Part shown: positions 13,532 through 28,100 of the stretch, in pieces
Layout: every line of letters begins with the position of its first letter
How positions within the stretch are numbered: position 1 is the stretch's first letter
From: Chrysomallon squamiferum
Taxonomy: Eukaryota; Animalia; Mollusca
Reading direction: 5' to 3'
DNA: 64,000 bases
Assembly (NCBI GenBank): GCA_012295275.1
Contig: CM022665.1
Location: 47,244,001 to 47,308,000 of the forward strand
Translations under genes and position numbers: made by a program
The notes under the pieces: model-generated
Told to the model about the DNA's origin: nothing
Database searches by the model: none
Seen by the model: only the letters and a program-made list of their open reading frames with translations

Positions 13532-14307
13532 CTTAGAGAGAGAGATGAGAGAGCAAAAGAAAGAATGATAGCGAGAGAAAAAGAGAGAGAAAGAGACATA
13601 GACACACATCGTTAGGAGGTGATTAATAATAACAATAATAACAATAATAACAATAATAATAATAATAATAATAATAACAACAATAATGACAATAATAATT
13701 TATATATATAAATCCCTCGTGCTGCTGAATTACGGAACAAAAAGAAACAACAAACAGCAAACGAAAACAAAGAATTAGACTATTTTTAAATCTGAAAAAA
13801 AAAAAAAAAAAAAAAAAAAAATGTCGTATTGAAAAACGAAACGACAAAAAAAAAAAAAGAAAAAGAAACAAAAGAACTTACAAGGAAGAGAGAAGGAAAT
13901 TATAAAATAAAATGAAGTGTTGCTGTGTCGGATCTCTCAAATTACGGTCAAGCGATTTGGTTTTTTTAATTCAGTTGTTTTGAGTCGTGAGACCATTCAG
14001 TCCGACAGTTAAAGTTTTAGCGTAGGAGCAAACAAAAGTAAAAAATGTGAACGACAAGCCGGCTGTCGTTAAACTGAAACTCGATCAGATGTGTCAAGTG
14101 TTTTACGACATTCAGTGACAGTCAGCACGTGCCAGACAGATCACGTGGTTGTTTGATTCTACGAGGTGAAGGAGAGGAGGGGGGGGAGTGTATGTTGGGA
14201 TTTTATTTTTTTTTGTGTAAAAATTCTTCTCCATGACGGATGTTGCAGTCTGAATTCCGCCATGATTAATAATGTTGTGTCGTCTAAATGAATACTGCTG
14301 TCTGAAC

Positions 14308-14900
14308 AACGTCAAATAAATATTGTAATACGAATAACGTCAAAATAAATACTGCAGTGCCAACAGCGTCAAAATAAATATTGCAATACGAACAGCGTCA
14401 AAATAAATATTGCAATACGAATAACGTCAAAATAAATATTGCAGTATGAATACCATCAAAATAAACAGTGCAATACGAATAACGTCAAAATAAATATTGC
14501 ATAATGAATACGGTCAAAATAAATATTGCAGTGTGAATACCGTCAAAATAAATATTGCAATACGAATAACGTCAAAATAAATATTGCAATACGAACAGCG
14601 TCAAAATAAATATTGCAATACGAATAACGTCAAAATAAATATTGCAATACGAATAACGTCAAAATAAAAAATGAAACTGTCAAAATAAATAGTGCAATAC
14701 GAATAACGTCAAAATAAATATTGCATAATGAATACGGTCAAAATAAATATTGCAGTGTGAATACCGTCAAAATAAATATTGCAATACGAATAGTGTCAAA
14801 ATAAATATTGCAGTGTGAATAACGTCAAAATAAATATTGCATAATGAATACGGTCAAAATAAATATTGCAGTGTGAATAACGTCAAAGTAAATATTGCAG
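14308..14900. repeat. Minisatellite, 29 bp unit (AACGTCAAAATAAATATTGCAATACGAAT), ~20 copies
   Basis: Direct tandem repetition with recurring variant units (…GCATAATGAATACGG…, …GCAGTGTGAAT…). Confidence 0.95.
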
Positions 14901-15272
14901 TTTGAATACAGACATCATGAATATCACCAAGTGAATTGCTTAAATTATATTCAGGTACTGTTTCGAAATTGTTCTCTCTTTTCTTTCTTTTTCTTTTTTT
15001 TTCTTTTTTTTTTTTTTTTTTTTTACATTTTTTTTTTTTTTTTTTTTTATGCACGGAATACTTCACATTTTCATATTTATTACCACTTCAGCGTGACAAG
15101 AGCTGCAGGTGTGTGTAAGATTATCAAGACTGAGTTGTGTTTCGTTTTTGCTTTGTCGCTTCCCCCCCCCCCCCCCCTCCCCGATGTCAAGGCGCTCTTG
15201 AGTAAACCGTGTTTTTTTTTTTTTCCTAGCTAATGACGTTGTTTAGATGCAGTCTGCAGGGTCTGGACAGGA

Positions 15273-15350
15273 CCTCCTGTTTACCGTCAAGATCGGGTCC
15301 TCCTGTTTACCGTCAAGATCGGGTCCTCCTGTTTACCGTCAAGAACGGGT
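15273..15350. repeat. Tandem repeat, 26 bp x3 (CCTCCTGTTTACCGTCAAGATCGGGT)
   Basis: Three near-identical copies. Confidence 0.95.
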
Positions 15351-15448
15351 GAAGTTTAGATAATTGTAATAACAGACTGATGGATGGATACAAGTTCACG
15401 GTTAAATTGCTGCAAGTGATTTACGATTTCATTGGTCTGTTTCACAAA

Positions 15449-15539
15449 TGATAGATACATCAAATGTAGTGGTATGTGCTGTCCTGTTCATTGGTTTATT
15501 TTATATAGATGAATATAGGTATGTATGTAAGTGTGTGTA

Positions 15540-15603
<64 letters not shown>

Positions 15604-15840
15604 AGTTCCTCAAATGTCATGGTATGTGTTTCCTCCTATATTTGACGACATGAATATTGAAAGTCTCTTGTTGGAAATGTAAAGCAAGTTTCCTCTGATA
15701 ATCTAAAATTAATTTTTGACATCAAAAGCTGATGCTAGAAACACAGTGTATTCTCGTAGTCTCGTTAAACAATATCTGACATCAAAAAGTCGATGACATG
15801 AAATTAATCACTGTGTTTCAGTACTGACGTTAAACAAATG
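15449..15840 (+). mobile_element. Highly degenerate SINE-like fragments
   Basis: TCAAATGTMRTGGTATGTG occurs twice (15460, 15610), followed by GTTTCCTCTG and two TGACATCAAAA..GATG...CGTTAAACAA tails. From memory this resembles gastropod tRNA-derived SINE cores and tails; not verified by a search. Confidence 0.4.
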
Positions 15841-15915
15841 TTTTAAAATAAAAAGCTGATAGTAGAATATGTATGTATATATTTCGTCGGTGATTTTAAA
15901 TAGGTAGATAACAGG

Positions 15916-15952
<37 letters not shown>

Positions 15953-16235
15953 TGGTAGGTAGTGAGGTAGGTAGTAGGAGAGATAAGCAGATAGATGAAT
16001 GGATAGATAGATATAGAGAGACTGATAAACAGACAGACAGACAGACAGAGACAGACAGACTGTCAGACAGATATATAGATGGACAAATACATATACAGAC
16101 AGACAGACAGACAGACAGACAGTTAGATAGATAGATAGTTAGAATGTGTTAACTGTCATTAGCTGTTATGTTTGTCGTATAACTATGATATTTCAAAGAA
16201 AATTTGGATACATGTAGCTATGGTCTAGTCTCACC

Positions 16236-16400
16236 AATTAGCAAGTAATAATCTTTTATATGCACCTTCTCATAGTTGGAGTGTATAAACTTGAACTTTA
16301 TTTAATAAACCCACCATGGAGCTGTGGTTCAAATAGTTAATAACGGAATGGATTCGTCAAGGATATTTGATCCGGGAAACTACCATCTCTCAGGCTAAAG
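16236..16400 (-). mobile_element. Degenerate SINE-like fragment
   Basis: ATTAGCAAG…ATCTTTTATATGCACC is the reverse complement of a GGTGCATATAAAAGAT core that I recall from molluscan MetaSINE-type elements; unverified. Confidence 0.4.
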
Positions 16401-16562
16401 CTTTAAATTTAAATATCAACAAAAGATAGATTAAATTTATTTTATTTCTTGACACAGTGAATTAATTATTTATTTTTCTATTTGATGTTAACGTCCGTAC
16501 TTTCCTTTTCTTCAAAGAATGTTACTGATGAAAAGCCTTATATATATATATATATATAAAGG

Positions 16563-16654
16563 AACATAATATAGAAAACGAATAACTATTACAATAAGTT
16601 GTATGGTGTATATACAACTTATTGTAATAGTTATTCGTTTTCTATTATTATGTT
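16563..16654. repeat. Perfect hairpin, 34 bp stem with 7 nt loop
   Basis: 16571-16604 is the exact reverse complement of 16612-16645. The stem extends a further 8 bp after a 1-nt bulge. Confidence 0.95.
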
Positions 16655-16936
16655 ACTTTTGTTCAAAAAATGTTACTGATAAAAAGCCTTGTTTATATCT
16701 AACCACTTAGCTACACTTTTTAAAAACGCCAGTAACTCGACTGTGATTTCATTGGTTTATTTGAATCGTAAGTCGTTCACATCAGCTTCCCAGTGTTTGC
16801 TTTTTGAAAGAAATCTTCAACAGAAAAATGTTTTGAGAATCTGCTTGTTTTATTGATTATGTCAAATAACCGTCAGTTCAGTAGAAATTTGTAAAATATT
16901 TTTATTTATATATAATTTTATCAGTATTAATTACTT

Positions 16937-16983
<47 letters not shown>

Positions 16984-17079
16984 GTAAATAAATAAATAAT
17001 ATAAATAAATAAATAAAATAATAAAACAATTAAATAATATAAATAAATTAATAAATAAATATCAAAAACAATGATCATA

Positions 17080-17133
<54 letters not shown>

Positions 17134-18108
17134 ATAATAATAATAATAATAATAATAACCAATTCATATTTATTTTATGTTTCTGAAAATGTCGACTGAC
17201 CAGCGACTTCAAACGGAGCAATGAGAAATAAACTTGTGTCGTTTAGATAATCAGATGTTAACACAGGACTTCAACAACAAGATGCGAATTGAAGCAAACA
17301 TTTTCACCAGTAAATAAACCGTCTGTTTTCTTTGGTGGAAAAAAATAATAATAATAAAATAAAGGAAGACTGGAGAAAAACAGTTAAATGCGTCTCTGTG
17401 CTCAGCTCGACTTCTCTCGCGTGTGTAAGTATGTAATAAAGCAGGTGTTTCGGCCGCAGAAACCGACAACAGAAAGAGAAAGTGGTGGAAAAAAAACACA
17501 CAAAAAAACAACATCAAAAGCGCGCCAAAGAATAGCGTACGTATTGGCGCTTCCGCGTCACTGACTAGTAAAAACCGCAGAGACTAATCGGAGTCTGTGA
17601 CGTCACACCTCAGTCGAACGTATTTTTACTTTTTATTTTCCAGACACGTGCACCCGTTCTAAAGACTCGCGGATTTAAAGTCGCGATGTCAAACAATGGG
17701 CAGGCTTTAAAGGGAACAATTCTCTCTGTTTGCCTGTCGGCAGCTATTAGCGATACTTTTAATGCTCTTGCGTCTCCGCTGGAGACCACGTGACAGGATG
17801 TGATGTCAGTAAACCGGAACTTCCACCCGGAGCCTCGGGTTTAACGTTAGAGCATCAATATTGGGTTAATCAATTGAGTGTTACCGGAGAGTTTGTAATC
17901 GTGTTAGGATCAAAATGGCCGCTGCGTTTGATGTCGGCGGCTGATGGTAAGTTGCGTGGATTGTTCTGTTGCAGCTTGTTAACTGTTAACGCGGGTGAGA
18001 CGCGTGTTATAGCATCGTTTAATCCTGTAGCGTTACGTCAAAGAGTAGTGGTATGTGCTGCTTTGTTGTCCATCATTTTTGTTCGGCTTTTTTTTTTTGT
18101 GTTTTTTT

Positions 18109-18140
<32 letters not shown>

Positions 18141-18147
18141 TTGGTTG

Positions 18148-18202
<55 letters not shown>

Positions 18203-18209
18203 TATGTAT

Positions 18210-18240
<31 letters not shown>

Positions 18241-19986
18241 TCTATTTATTTATTTATTTATTTATTATTTATTTATTTATTTATTTATTTTATTTATTTA
18301 TTTATTTTATTTTATTTTATTTTTATTTATTTATTTTTTTATTTTGATGGGTTTTTGTTAGTTTTTTTTTTTTTGCTGTTGATTTTTTTAGTTGTTTTGG
18401 ACTGCTTCTGATACGTTCATGGTTTTGGAAATCTATCCTCTCTAGTAGCCTATAGTGAATTAATAACTCAAGTCTTACAAGTCCACGGCAGGCGTACATA
18501 ACCTCTTCTGTGACTGGTAACTGATTTTTAGTAGAAATATCCGTGCAGCGGTAAATGAAATGAAATTTAGAAAAAGAGTAAATTAAAATTAAATATTTAA
18601 ATCATTTTGAACACAGAAATGACGGGGTTAAAATATTTTACTACAGAAAAATTCTAACTCAGACCAACACTGTGATTACAGATTTATAAAAAAAAAAAAC
18701 AAAAAAAAACTTCCAAAAATTAATAAGGATTCATTCTCTATCAATGACTGTGAAATGTAAGAAGTTTATAAAGATTTTTACAGAACAACACAACAGAATT
18801 TTCAGTTTCAGTTGGGGACATCCAGGCTTGGTTGTTTGATGATTAATTATAATCACGAAAGGTCTGAACGAAGAGAGAGAGATATCATCTTAACAGAAAT
18901 TTTTTAAATTATACAATTAAAGTGACTGGGCCCCAAAGGTTCATTCACACAAACTGCATAATCGTTAACATTTGTAATAACTGCAGTAATAAAAGTTTAA
19001 AGAGGAAATTCTTAGTTGGACGTATTAAATCAAATTTAGAAAAACAGCCTTCAACAGATCATAAAACGAAGAGTTTACAAATTGCTGCATAAATTATGAT
19101 AATGAGAACAATCGTTCAGCAACAGGTACGCAAACGACGAGACAGAACGGTTGGTGCATAAATTATGATAATGACGTTTATTAAAACGAGGATAATGAAG
19201 TTTCTGTTGAGACTCGGGGTCTGTTTTATGTCGTTCGGTTTATTTAATGCCGGATATTGCCGAAGCCCCGATCAAGTATTACAAAGCTGTTCAGATTATT
19301 GACATCTATTCCATTTAGCACGATTTTGCCCACAGCAACTACTACCACGGCTTTGAAAAAAAAAAAAATGAAAATAAAAATAATAATAAAATCTTTTGAA
19401 ACGCCTGTTAGCGTATTTTAATACTTCTCAGCTTTGGAGGATTTCTACAAGTTTTGTTAGTTCGTAAAATACGATCACCAGAAAAGGAAAAACATTAAAT
19501 ACTGAATTCATATTAGTTCAAGCTTTTTTTTTTGTTGTATATATACAACAATAACAAACAAAAATAAATTATCGTAAAAAGTTTTGCATTTCCCAACAAA
19601 ACATTTTATTGTACATTTTTGCAGTTTTATATCGGCTAGATTTCTATGCCCTGTTAAAGGGGAAAAAAAAATAATAATAATCTAATAAAAATATTTAAAA
19701 TAAGAATGAAGAAATTATAATATGTCAACAGACAGAAAAAGAGAGAAAAGAATAAAGAATAAAATTATGAAATAATAAAGGAAAGAAAGAAATGGTATGA
19801 ACGAAAAGAAATAGAAAAAGAATAATTACCGTATTTGTTGTTTGCTTTTTACGATTACCACCATGACAGCAACAACAAAACAACATCAACTCTACCACCA
19901 TCGAAACAACATTACCTGCACCACCACCACCATCACCACCACCACCACCACCACAACAACAACAACAATCGTATTTATAATAATAA

Positions 19987-20034
<48 letters not shown>

Positions 20035-21116
20035 CTACCTATTCTGATCATCCATAAAATATTTTATACATAATTTATATATATTAAATAATATTTATTT
20101 TTAAATATTTTTTCTTAACATCATTTAAACTGACGACTACTCTAGTTTATCTGATTACCTCTTTCTAACCAATCCGTTAGAAAAAAAGAAGAAGAAGAAG
20201 AAGAAGAAAAAGAAGAAGAAGAAGAAGAAGAAACAAAAGGCTGTGAGAGTATTTTTTCCTTGTTTTTTTTTTTTTTTTTTTTCATCTTCGAAATTTGTTT
20301 AATTCTGTTTATGCAGTTTACCACATCGGCATCGCCGGGATTCGAACTCCACACAGTACGTTTCTCACCACGCCTACCACACCCCCATATCAACATCAGA
20401 CAACTTTTATCTGTTAAAATAATTCTAATTGAATTTTATATATTATATATATATATACATTTTTTATTTTTTAAGCCGTAAAACTTAACCACAACCAAAT
20501 AAACATGTTATCGACATCAGTTTGTTAACCTCAGAAAAGATATTATGTATCTGAAAAACAAATTTTCATTACAGCAAAAAAAAAAGAAAAAGAAAAAGAA
20601 AACAAAGAAAAACATGCTCGGGGTAAGAGTGTACAGGTTTACGGACACGATACAAAAACCTGCGGGACATGCCTAAAATACGGTCACCTGGACGGAACGG
20701 ACAAACCGCGGAATGCAGTGGCAGTCTCCTGTTTCAACACAGAAAGAAACTTTTTATTGTTCTCAAAACACCACGCGACATCGATACACACAAAAACACA
20801 CTGACCCCCGTTCACGCAAAGAAACACAAAAGTCACAACCCGGGCGTGTGCCTAACTCCCGACCCCTAATGTTGACCCCGAGTCAACGCGTTTAGTGTGT
20901 GACGTCGTAAATGGGTGTTGCAGACGACGGTTTCGTATTGAGGTGTTTTGTACTGCGTCATGCAGTGGTGGTTGAATAAATAACTGGGGGGTTTTTTTTC
21001 TATTTAAAAGTCTGTCTGTGAGGGGTGTGGGGTGTATGTTTGTCTAGAGATGTTATCTATCTAGGGGTCTGTAGTATCTCTTTCTAAAAAAATTATTTAA
21101 TTAATTCGGTATCTAG

Positions 21117-21155
<39 letters not shown>

Positions 21156-21309
21156 AAATATATATATATTTTTATATATGTACCCACGGTTTAAATATAT
21201 AAATACAGGTTTTGAACACATAATACATACGTACACATACATACATATATACATACATACATACATAATACATACATACATACATACATACATACATACA
21301 TACATACAT

Positions 21310-21342
<33 letters not shown>

Positions 21343-22945
21343 AATATATATATATATATTTGTATTAACGAACATATATGACGAGAGTCTTCTTTCAAAC
21401 TGTTCCTAAATTAATCAGTGACTCATTAAACAGTTAAATAAACATCATTTTAGTTCAAAACGATTTACAATGAACACAGTATCACACCGTAAAAACGAAA
21501 CAAAACATCGATGCATTGTGAATCCCACAACAAATACTCTAACATGCGATCAGGCATCGATTCGGCAGGAAAGTGAGAAGAATGGAATAAAACATGTCAC
21601 AAATTAACAGGACTATTAGTGATGTGAAGAAAGTCTTTATATTATATTTTGTTAATTTAGTGTCATTGTCGAACAATAAAACGCTCTGTCAAAAAAAAAA
21701 ATAAAATAAAATGAAAAATAAAACAATTATCATATTTCACTGGTATTACCCAACCCCGTTACAGCAACAACGTCGTCGTTACGTAACTAACACACACCGA
21801 CATCATTGTCCGACCGATGTCGTGTCCCACGCTTGACGATGGTGTTAAACGTTCTCTCATTATTTCAGTGTGGTTGTCAGGAAGTCGTTCTCCTGTAGCA
21901 GTGTCACCGAGAGATTGGATGTTTGCTGATGACGTAACAGTCGTGTGTGTGTGCGTGTGTGTGTTTGTGTGCGTGTGTCAGAACGCCGTATTATCGGCTG
22001 AAATCTCGGAAGTGGCACTTGCTTAAATTAACACCTTTTTTTCTTTTTTTTTTTTTGTTCGGATACGATATCAAATAAAACATTGGTTTACGCGCTAAGC
22101 AAATAATACGTTAGAATTAGAAAAACCGACAGATCGTTCAGCCGAGGGCTGGAGCACATCGCTCGAACGCGTTCTTTACAAATTATACGTCATCTTTGTT
22201 GTGACATCAATCAAGAACCCGTATGCTCAATTTACGGTACTTCTATGTTGACGCAAGTCCGCTTTAAACACGTGGACCACACGTAAACAAAAACCAAAAA
22301 AAAAAAAAAAAAAGGGAGGTAATTCTAGTGGTCAGTTACGTAACGTAATGATTACACATAATTTGACTGAACTCTGACAAATTAAAAACAGAGATTTTCG
22401 GCTGTTTCGGCTAATGTCTGTAGTCAGAGAAAACTGACGGCGGAGGTGCTTTGAAGCTGTTGTCGTTTTATCGTGTAAATTATTTAAATCGGCTGCTTGT
22501 CAGTTTGTTTCGCAGTTTTCCGATGCTAATGAGAAGTAATCGCCCTTTATTGTCTTTTCAGTGGCGACCTGTTGTCTTGCAACATCGCCGTCAACGGTGA
22601 CGCCTTTGGCGAACGCCGACGTTTCTGTTTATAATTTCTGCATACCCAACAGCAGCAACCATCAATAAACCCTAGCGTTCTTGAAAAAGAAAAAGAAAAA
22701 TTATAATAAAATAAAATAAAATAATATTTATAATTAAATAACAATCTATCTACACTCTCAGGATTTTTATAATATTTTTTTTTTTTCATTCTTTATTTGC
22801 ATTTCTTTCTTTCAGTTCTTTTTTCTTCTTTTCTTTTTTTTCTTTTTTTTTATTTACAATAGTTTTACAAATAGAATATTGAAAAAAAAAGAATGATAGA
22901 AAAGTATCAATGGTGACAACCCAAGCATATCTTCTTTTCTCTTTT

Positions 22946-22987
<42 letters not shown>

Positions 22988-24054
22988 TTCTTCCTCCTCT
23001 CATCCTCATCCCTCCGAGGACAAAAATTACTCAGATGTGAAATAAATCGCGATATTCACCAAGAAAAAAAAAAGAGGGCGTGTCCTACAGAGATCTGTCG
23101 ATTAATAAATAATATTGTATTATTTGTACAGGTGCGGGTTGTCGGGTATTACATACATATATATATATATATATTTAATACACGAAGATAGGTAAGTTAT
23201 TTCGTTTACCCCCGCTGTTTGTTAATAAACCGGTGTTAATAAGATTTTGCACCTGGTGACAATTCGTAACTGGACCAAATTAGTGCAGAATTTCTACTGA
23301 CAGATTGTAACTGTGTTAACACCTGTTTGGTGTGTGACTGTGATGTAATGTTGTTTTATCAGAGTATTTACTAAAAACAAGATATAGACTGATATACAAA
23401 CAGAGAGACAGACAGGTAGATAGATAGATAGGTAGATATACAGAGAGATAGATAAAATTAATATTTAATATTTACCTTATATAATTTTACCAAGTGGAGA
23501 AAGCTTTTCTAAAAATGTTACCTGTAATTATTATTAATTTACTCTGATATTATAAAATATATTTTTACTTTAGGGCATTATCAATTCTTTATTAAAAAAA
23601 AAAAATAATAATAAAATCATTATTTTATTTTATTTATTTATTTGTTTATTTATTTATTCATTCATTCATTCATTCATTCATTCATTCATTCATTTATTTT
23701 TTTTTTTTTTTTTTGCTTGACAGTTAAAATATTTTACACCTAACAGGTAAAAATACTTTTTATCACCTGTAACACATGAACTTACCTTGCTTTCCTTGGA
23801 CGGGTGGCTTTTTTTGTTAAGAATGTAACAGGCGGAAACATTAACCCCCCCTCCCACCCACCCACCCTCTTTAACGACTCCTCCTGTGTTTGTTTGTTTA
23901 CTCAGGTATTTTTATATTTTAATATTTTCTCTGTCTGGAGTGCGCGTCCTGGATACAGAAAAGAATTCAGTTTTCTGGGTCACCAATACGTGGATGAAGT
24001 TAAAAATGTAAATATTATCTGCGATTTGTCTACAGTGTTTCGTACAGTGCTGTT

Positions 24055-24063
24055 GTGTGTGTG

Positions 24064-24162
<99 letters not shown>

Positions 24163-24249
24163 CTTAGCTGATATGAGAGTTAAACGGGTCCGATGTATTT
24201 TTTTTTTTTTTAGTAGTAGTATTATTATTATTACTACAACTACTACTAC

Positions 24250-24288
<39 letters not shown>

Positions 24289-24438
24289 TATTATTATTAT
24301 TATTACTGTTAATATTATTATTACTACTACTAGTACTACTACTACTACTACTACTATTACTATTATTATTATTATTACTACTACTAGTACTACTTCTACT
24401 ACTACTACTATTACTACAACAACTACTACTACTACTAC

Positions 24439-24472
<34 letters not shown>

Positions 24473-24636
24473 GTTATTATTATTATTATTATTATTATAT
24501 TTTTTACAAATATGTAATTTATATATCCGTGTATTAAAATAAATGTGCGTGCAAACACGTGTGTGGATGGATGTATGCACGTACGTATATTTGTATATAC
24601 GCATTCATTCATGTATGTATGTATAACCACCTTCAC

Positions 24637-24691
<55 letters not shown>

Positions 24692-24916
24692 AAAATTATT
24701 ATTATTATTATTATTATTATTATCATTATTATTATTATTATAAATTATTATTACTATTATTATTAGTAGTAGTAGTAGTAGTATTAGTATTATTAGTATT
24801 ACTATTATTATTAGTATTAATATTATTATTATTACTATTATTATTACTATTATTACTATAATTATTAGTACTATTATTATTACTACTGCTACTACTACTA
24901 TTATTATTATTATTAC

Positions 24917-24955
<39 letters not shown>

Positions 24956-24980
24956 CATCACTATTACTATTATTATTAAT
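24055..24980. repeat. (TG)n followed by a long compound (TAT/TAC/TAG)n microsatellite
   Basis: Direct observation. Confidence 0.95.
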
Positions 24981-25980
24981 CATTTCATGCTCCAACAATA
25001 ATCGGCACTTGACAATGTTTGATGATAAAGCGGCCTGTAATTAAATAACATTTTTTTTCAGAAAAGGCGGAACGCGCCCCACCTACACCGTAGCCCCACC
25101 CCCCACCCCACCTTGCACCCCTGGGGCGTCTCACGTCACGGGAAGTATGAGAGAAGAGAAAAGTGAACAGTGGAACCATAACAGCCTAGCAGGAAGTAAA
25201 TCCATTTTCTTTCCATCACTTTGTTTGTTTAGCCTAAATTATTAATAAACTGAACGGAAATCATGAACAGCTTTTAACAAAAAAGTATATCAAGGGGAGG
25301 GGATGGGGGGGCGTGGTATTCACGTTAGAAAAAAATATTAATAATAATAAAATAAAGAAAAAAAAAGATAAAAGAAAAAAAAAAAAAAAAAAAAATATAA
25401 AAGAAGAAAGAAAAGAAATGAAAAAAAAAGAAGAAAAATATTGAAAATCTAAAGAAAAGGAATACAATTTATTATATACCATGTAATATTCGGGTTAAAA
25501 AAAAAAAAAAAAAAAAAAAGATACAAATGCACACAATATCCGTTTGTCCGTGTCTCTGGGTGTACACACAGACTGTGTGTGTGTGTTTGTTTTTTTTTCT
25601 CTCATTTTTTTTTTTGCAGACATCGTGTTGTGCTCGGTTATTATTAAAAAATTTTTTAAAAAGAAAGAATTTGATCACGTTTGTTCTGTGTCTGTATGGG
25701 GGGTACCCGGTCTCGCGTCCAGCACGTGTCATTCATTCTTTATCTTCTGCTGTTTTTTTATTTTATTATTCTTCTCAAACATCGAGGTATTTCCTCTGTG
25801 AAAGGCGCGATTCACGGCGCAGATAAAGGAAGAGGACGGGGTCCGGAACAACCCGGGGTTTACCGAGGGCGAACGTCTCTTTTCTTCGCTGTTAATAATA
25901 ATTCCTGTTTAATTTCGCTTCATCCCTGTGTCTTATCACACGCCTTTGCAGCCAACACAACAACGCGCACACAACACACA

Positions 25981-26684
<704 letters not shown>

Positions 26685-26716
26685 AAAAAAATTAATAATA
26701 ATAAAAAAATAAAAAC

Positions 26717-26761
<45 letters not shown>

Positions 26762-27136
26762 AAAGTTTCTTCTTCATACAAGACATTTTTTTTTTTTTTT
26801 TTTTTTTTGAACAGTCCATCCATCCCAGTGTGACAGCCAGCGAGCCAGTGAATTCCCCGCCCGGGTCTCTGAAAGTAAATGTTAGACACTCGCTCCGCGC
26901 CAGCGACTTTTCACTGATCACACTGCCCATTAAGACGCTGTGAGACGCGACTGTGAAGTCGTCTGTCTTCTTTGTCCTCGCGAAAAAAATCTGCTAAAAC
27001 CAACGATTGGCCGGCCACGCGTTACTGCAGCACCTTCGTGTTTTACCTCTACGATCGCTCAGCCCGTCAGCGACAACGACTCATTAGTGTTTATACAGCA
27101 GCTCTGGTTACTTATACCATTACGTTCCTTCAGACA

Positions 27137-27445
27137 ATTATACTGAACGAAATAAATTGCATACTTAGCCGATATAATGACGTCAAGTTGTTAGTACTTA
27201 ATGTACAAGCTCCGGTTACTTATATTATGACGTAGCGTCGTGCTATTATACTGAACGAAATAAATTACATATTTTGCCGCTATAATGACTTCAAGTTGTT
27301 AGTACTTATGTACAAGCTCCGGTTACTTATATTATCGTATACCTCATACAACAATACAGAGTGATATAAATTATATAGCTACACACGTTAATGACCAGCA
27401 CTTACAAGTACTTGTATAGAAGTTCTCGTTACTTATATTATGAAG
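27137..27445. repeat. Tandem duplication of ~108 bp (two copies plus a degenerate third)
   Basis: ATTATACTGAACGAAATAAATT…TCAAGTTGTTAGTACTT…GTACAAGCTCCGGTTACTTATATTAT at ~27137 and ~27245. Confidence 0.9.
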
Positions 27446-27688
27446 TAGCCCGTACAGTACAGTACTGATGTAGACTATTCAGTCATACAAAATGTAGAAT
27501 GATAATTATACTCTTATCGAGATTACTTTTTGATCCATTAGGAATAGAGCTAATTGAAAATGGATGATTTTATAGCCCAATAAATTTTAATAACGCTTAG
27601 GTGTATTAAGTAGTAAGTTGACCCGTGACAGACAGTTGATGTGTTTGTGTCAGTGTGGATCTATGTCTGTGTGTGTGAACGTGTGTGT

Positions 27689-27768
<80 letters not shown>

Positions 27769-27908
27769 ATCACTGTGTTATATATTTTTATTATGGTATC
27801 GTGAAAAAATAAAATAATAAATAAATAAATAAATAAGATTTATTAAGCGAAATTCACTGCAGTTTTAGCAAGAAGTAAATATATATATATATATATGTAT
27901 GTATGTAA

Positions 27909-28069
27909 AGAGAAAAGAAATAACTTTTTAAAAAGATGTCTGAGCTAATCAGAAATGGTGGATGTAACTGCGTTACTGACCTGGGTCTATCTCACTGACT
28001 GAGTGACTGACTGACTGAATAATTAAATGAGTGAGTGGCAGAGAGTGATTGATTCACTGAATAGCTGAC

Positions 28070-28100
<31 letters not shown>

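Noticed and set aside
12778-13605. 275 aa ORF with repeated SSTLPPSPFRLL
   Set aside because: Translation of the 24 bp minisatellite and a (TC)n run.
14308-14900. 29 bp repeats resembling a CRISPR array (also 47081-47500)
   Set aside because: The units are directly adjacent with no unique spacers, the context is eukaryotic, and there are no cas genes.
17790-18347. 185 aa ORF
   Set aside because: It has a GTG start, no domain, and its second half is poly-T/(TTA)n. The region is treated as regulatory instead.
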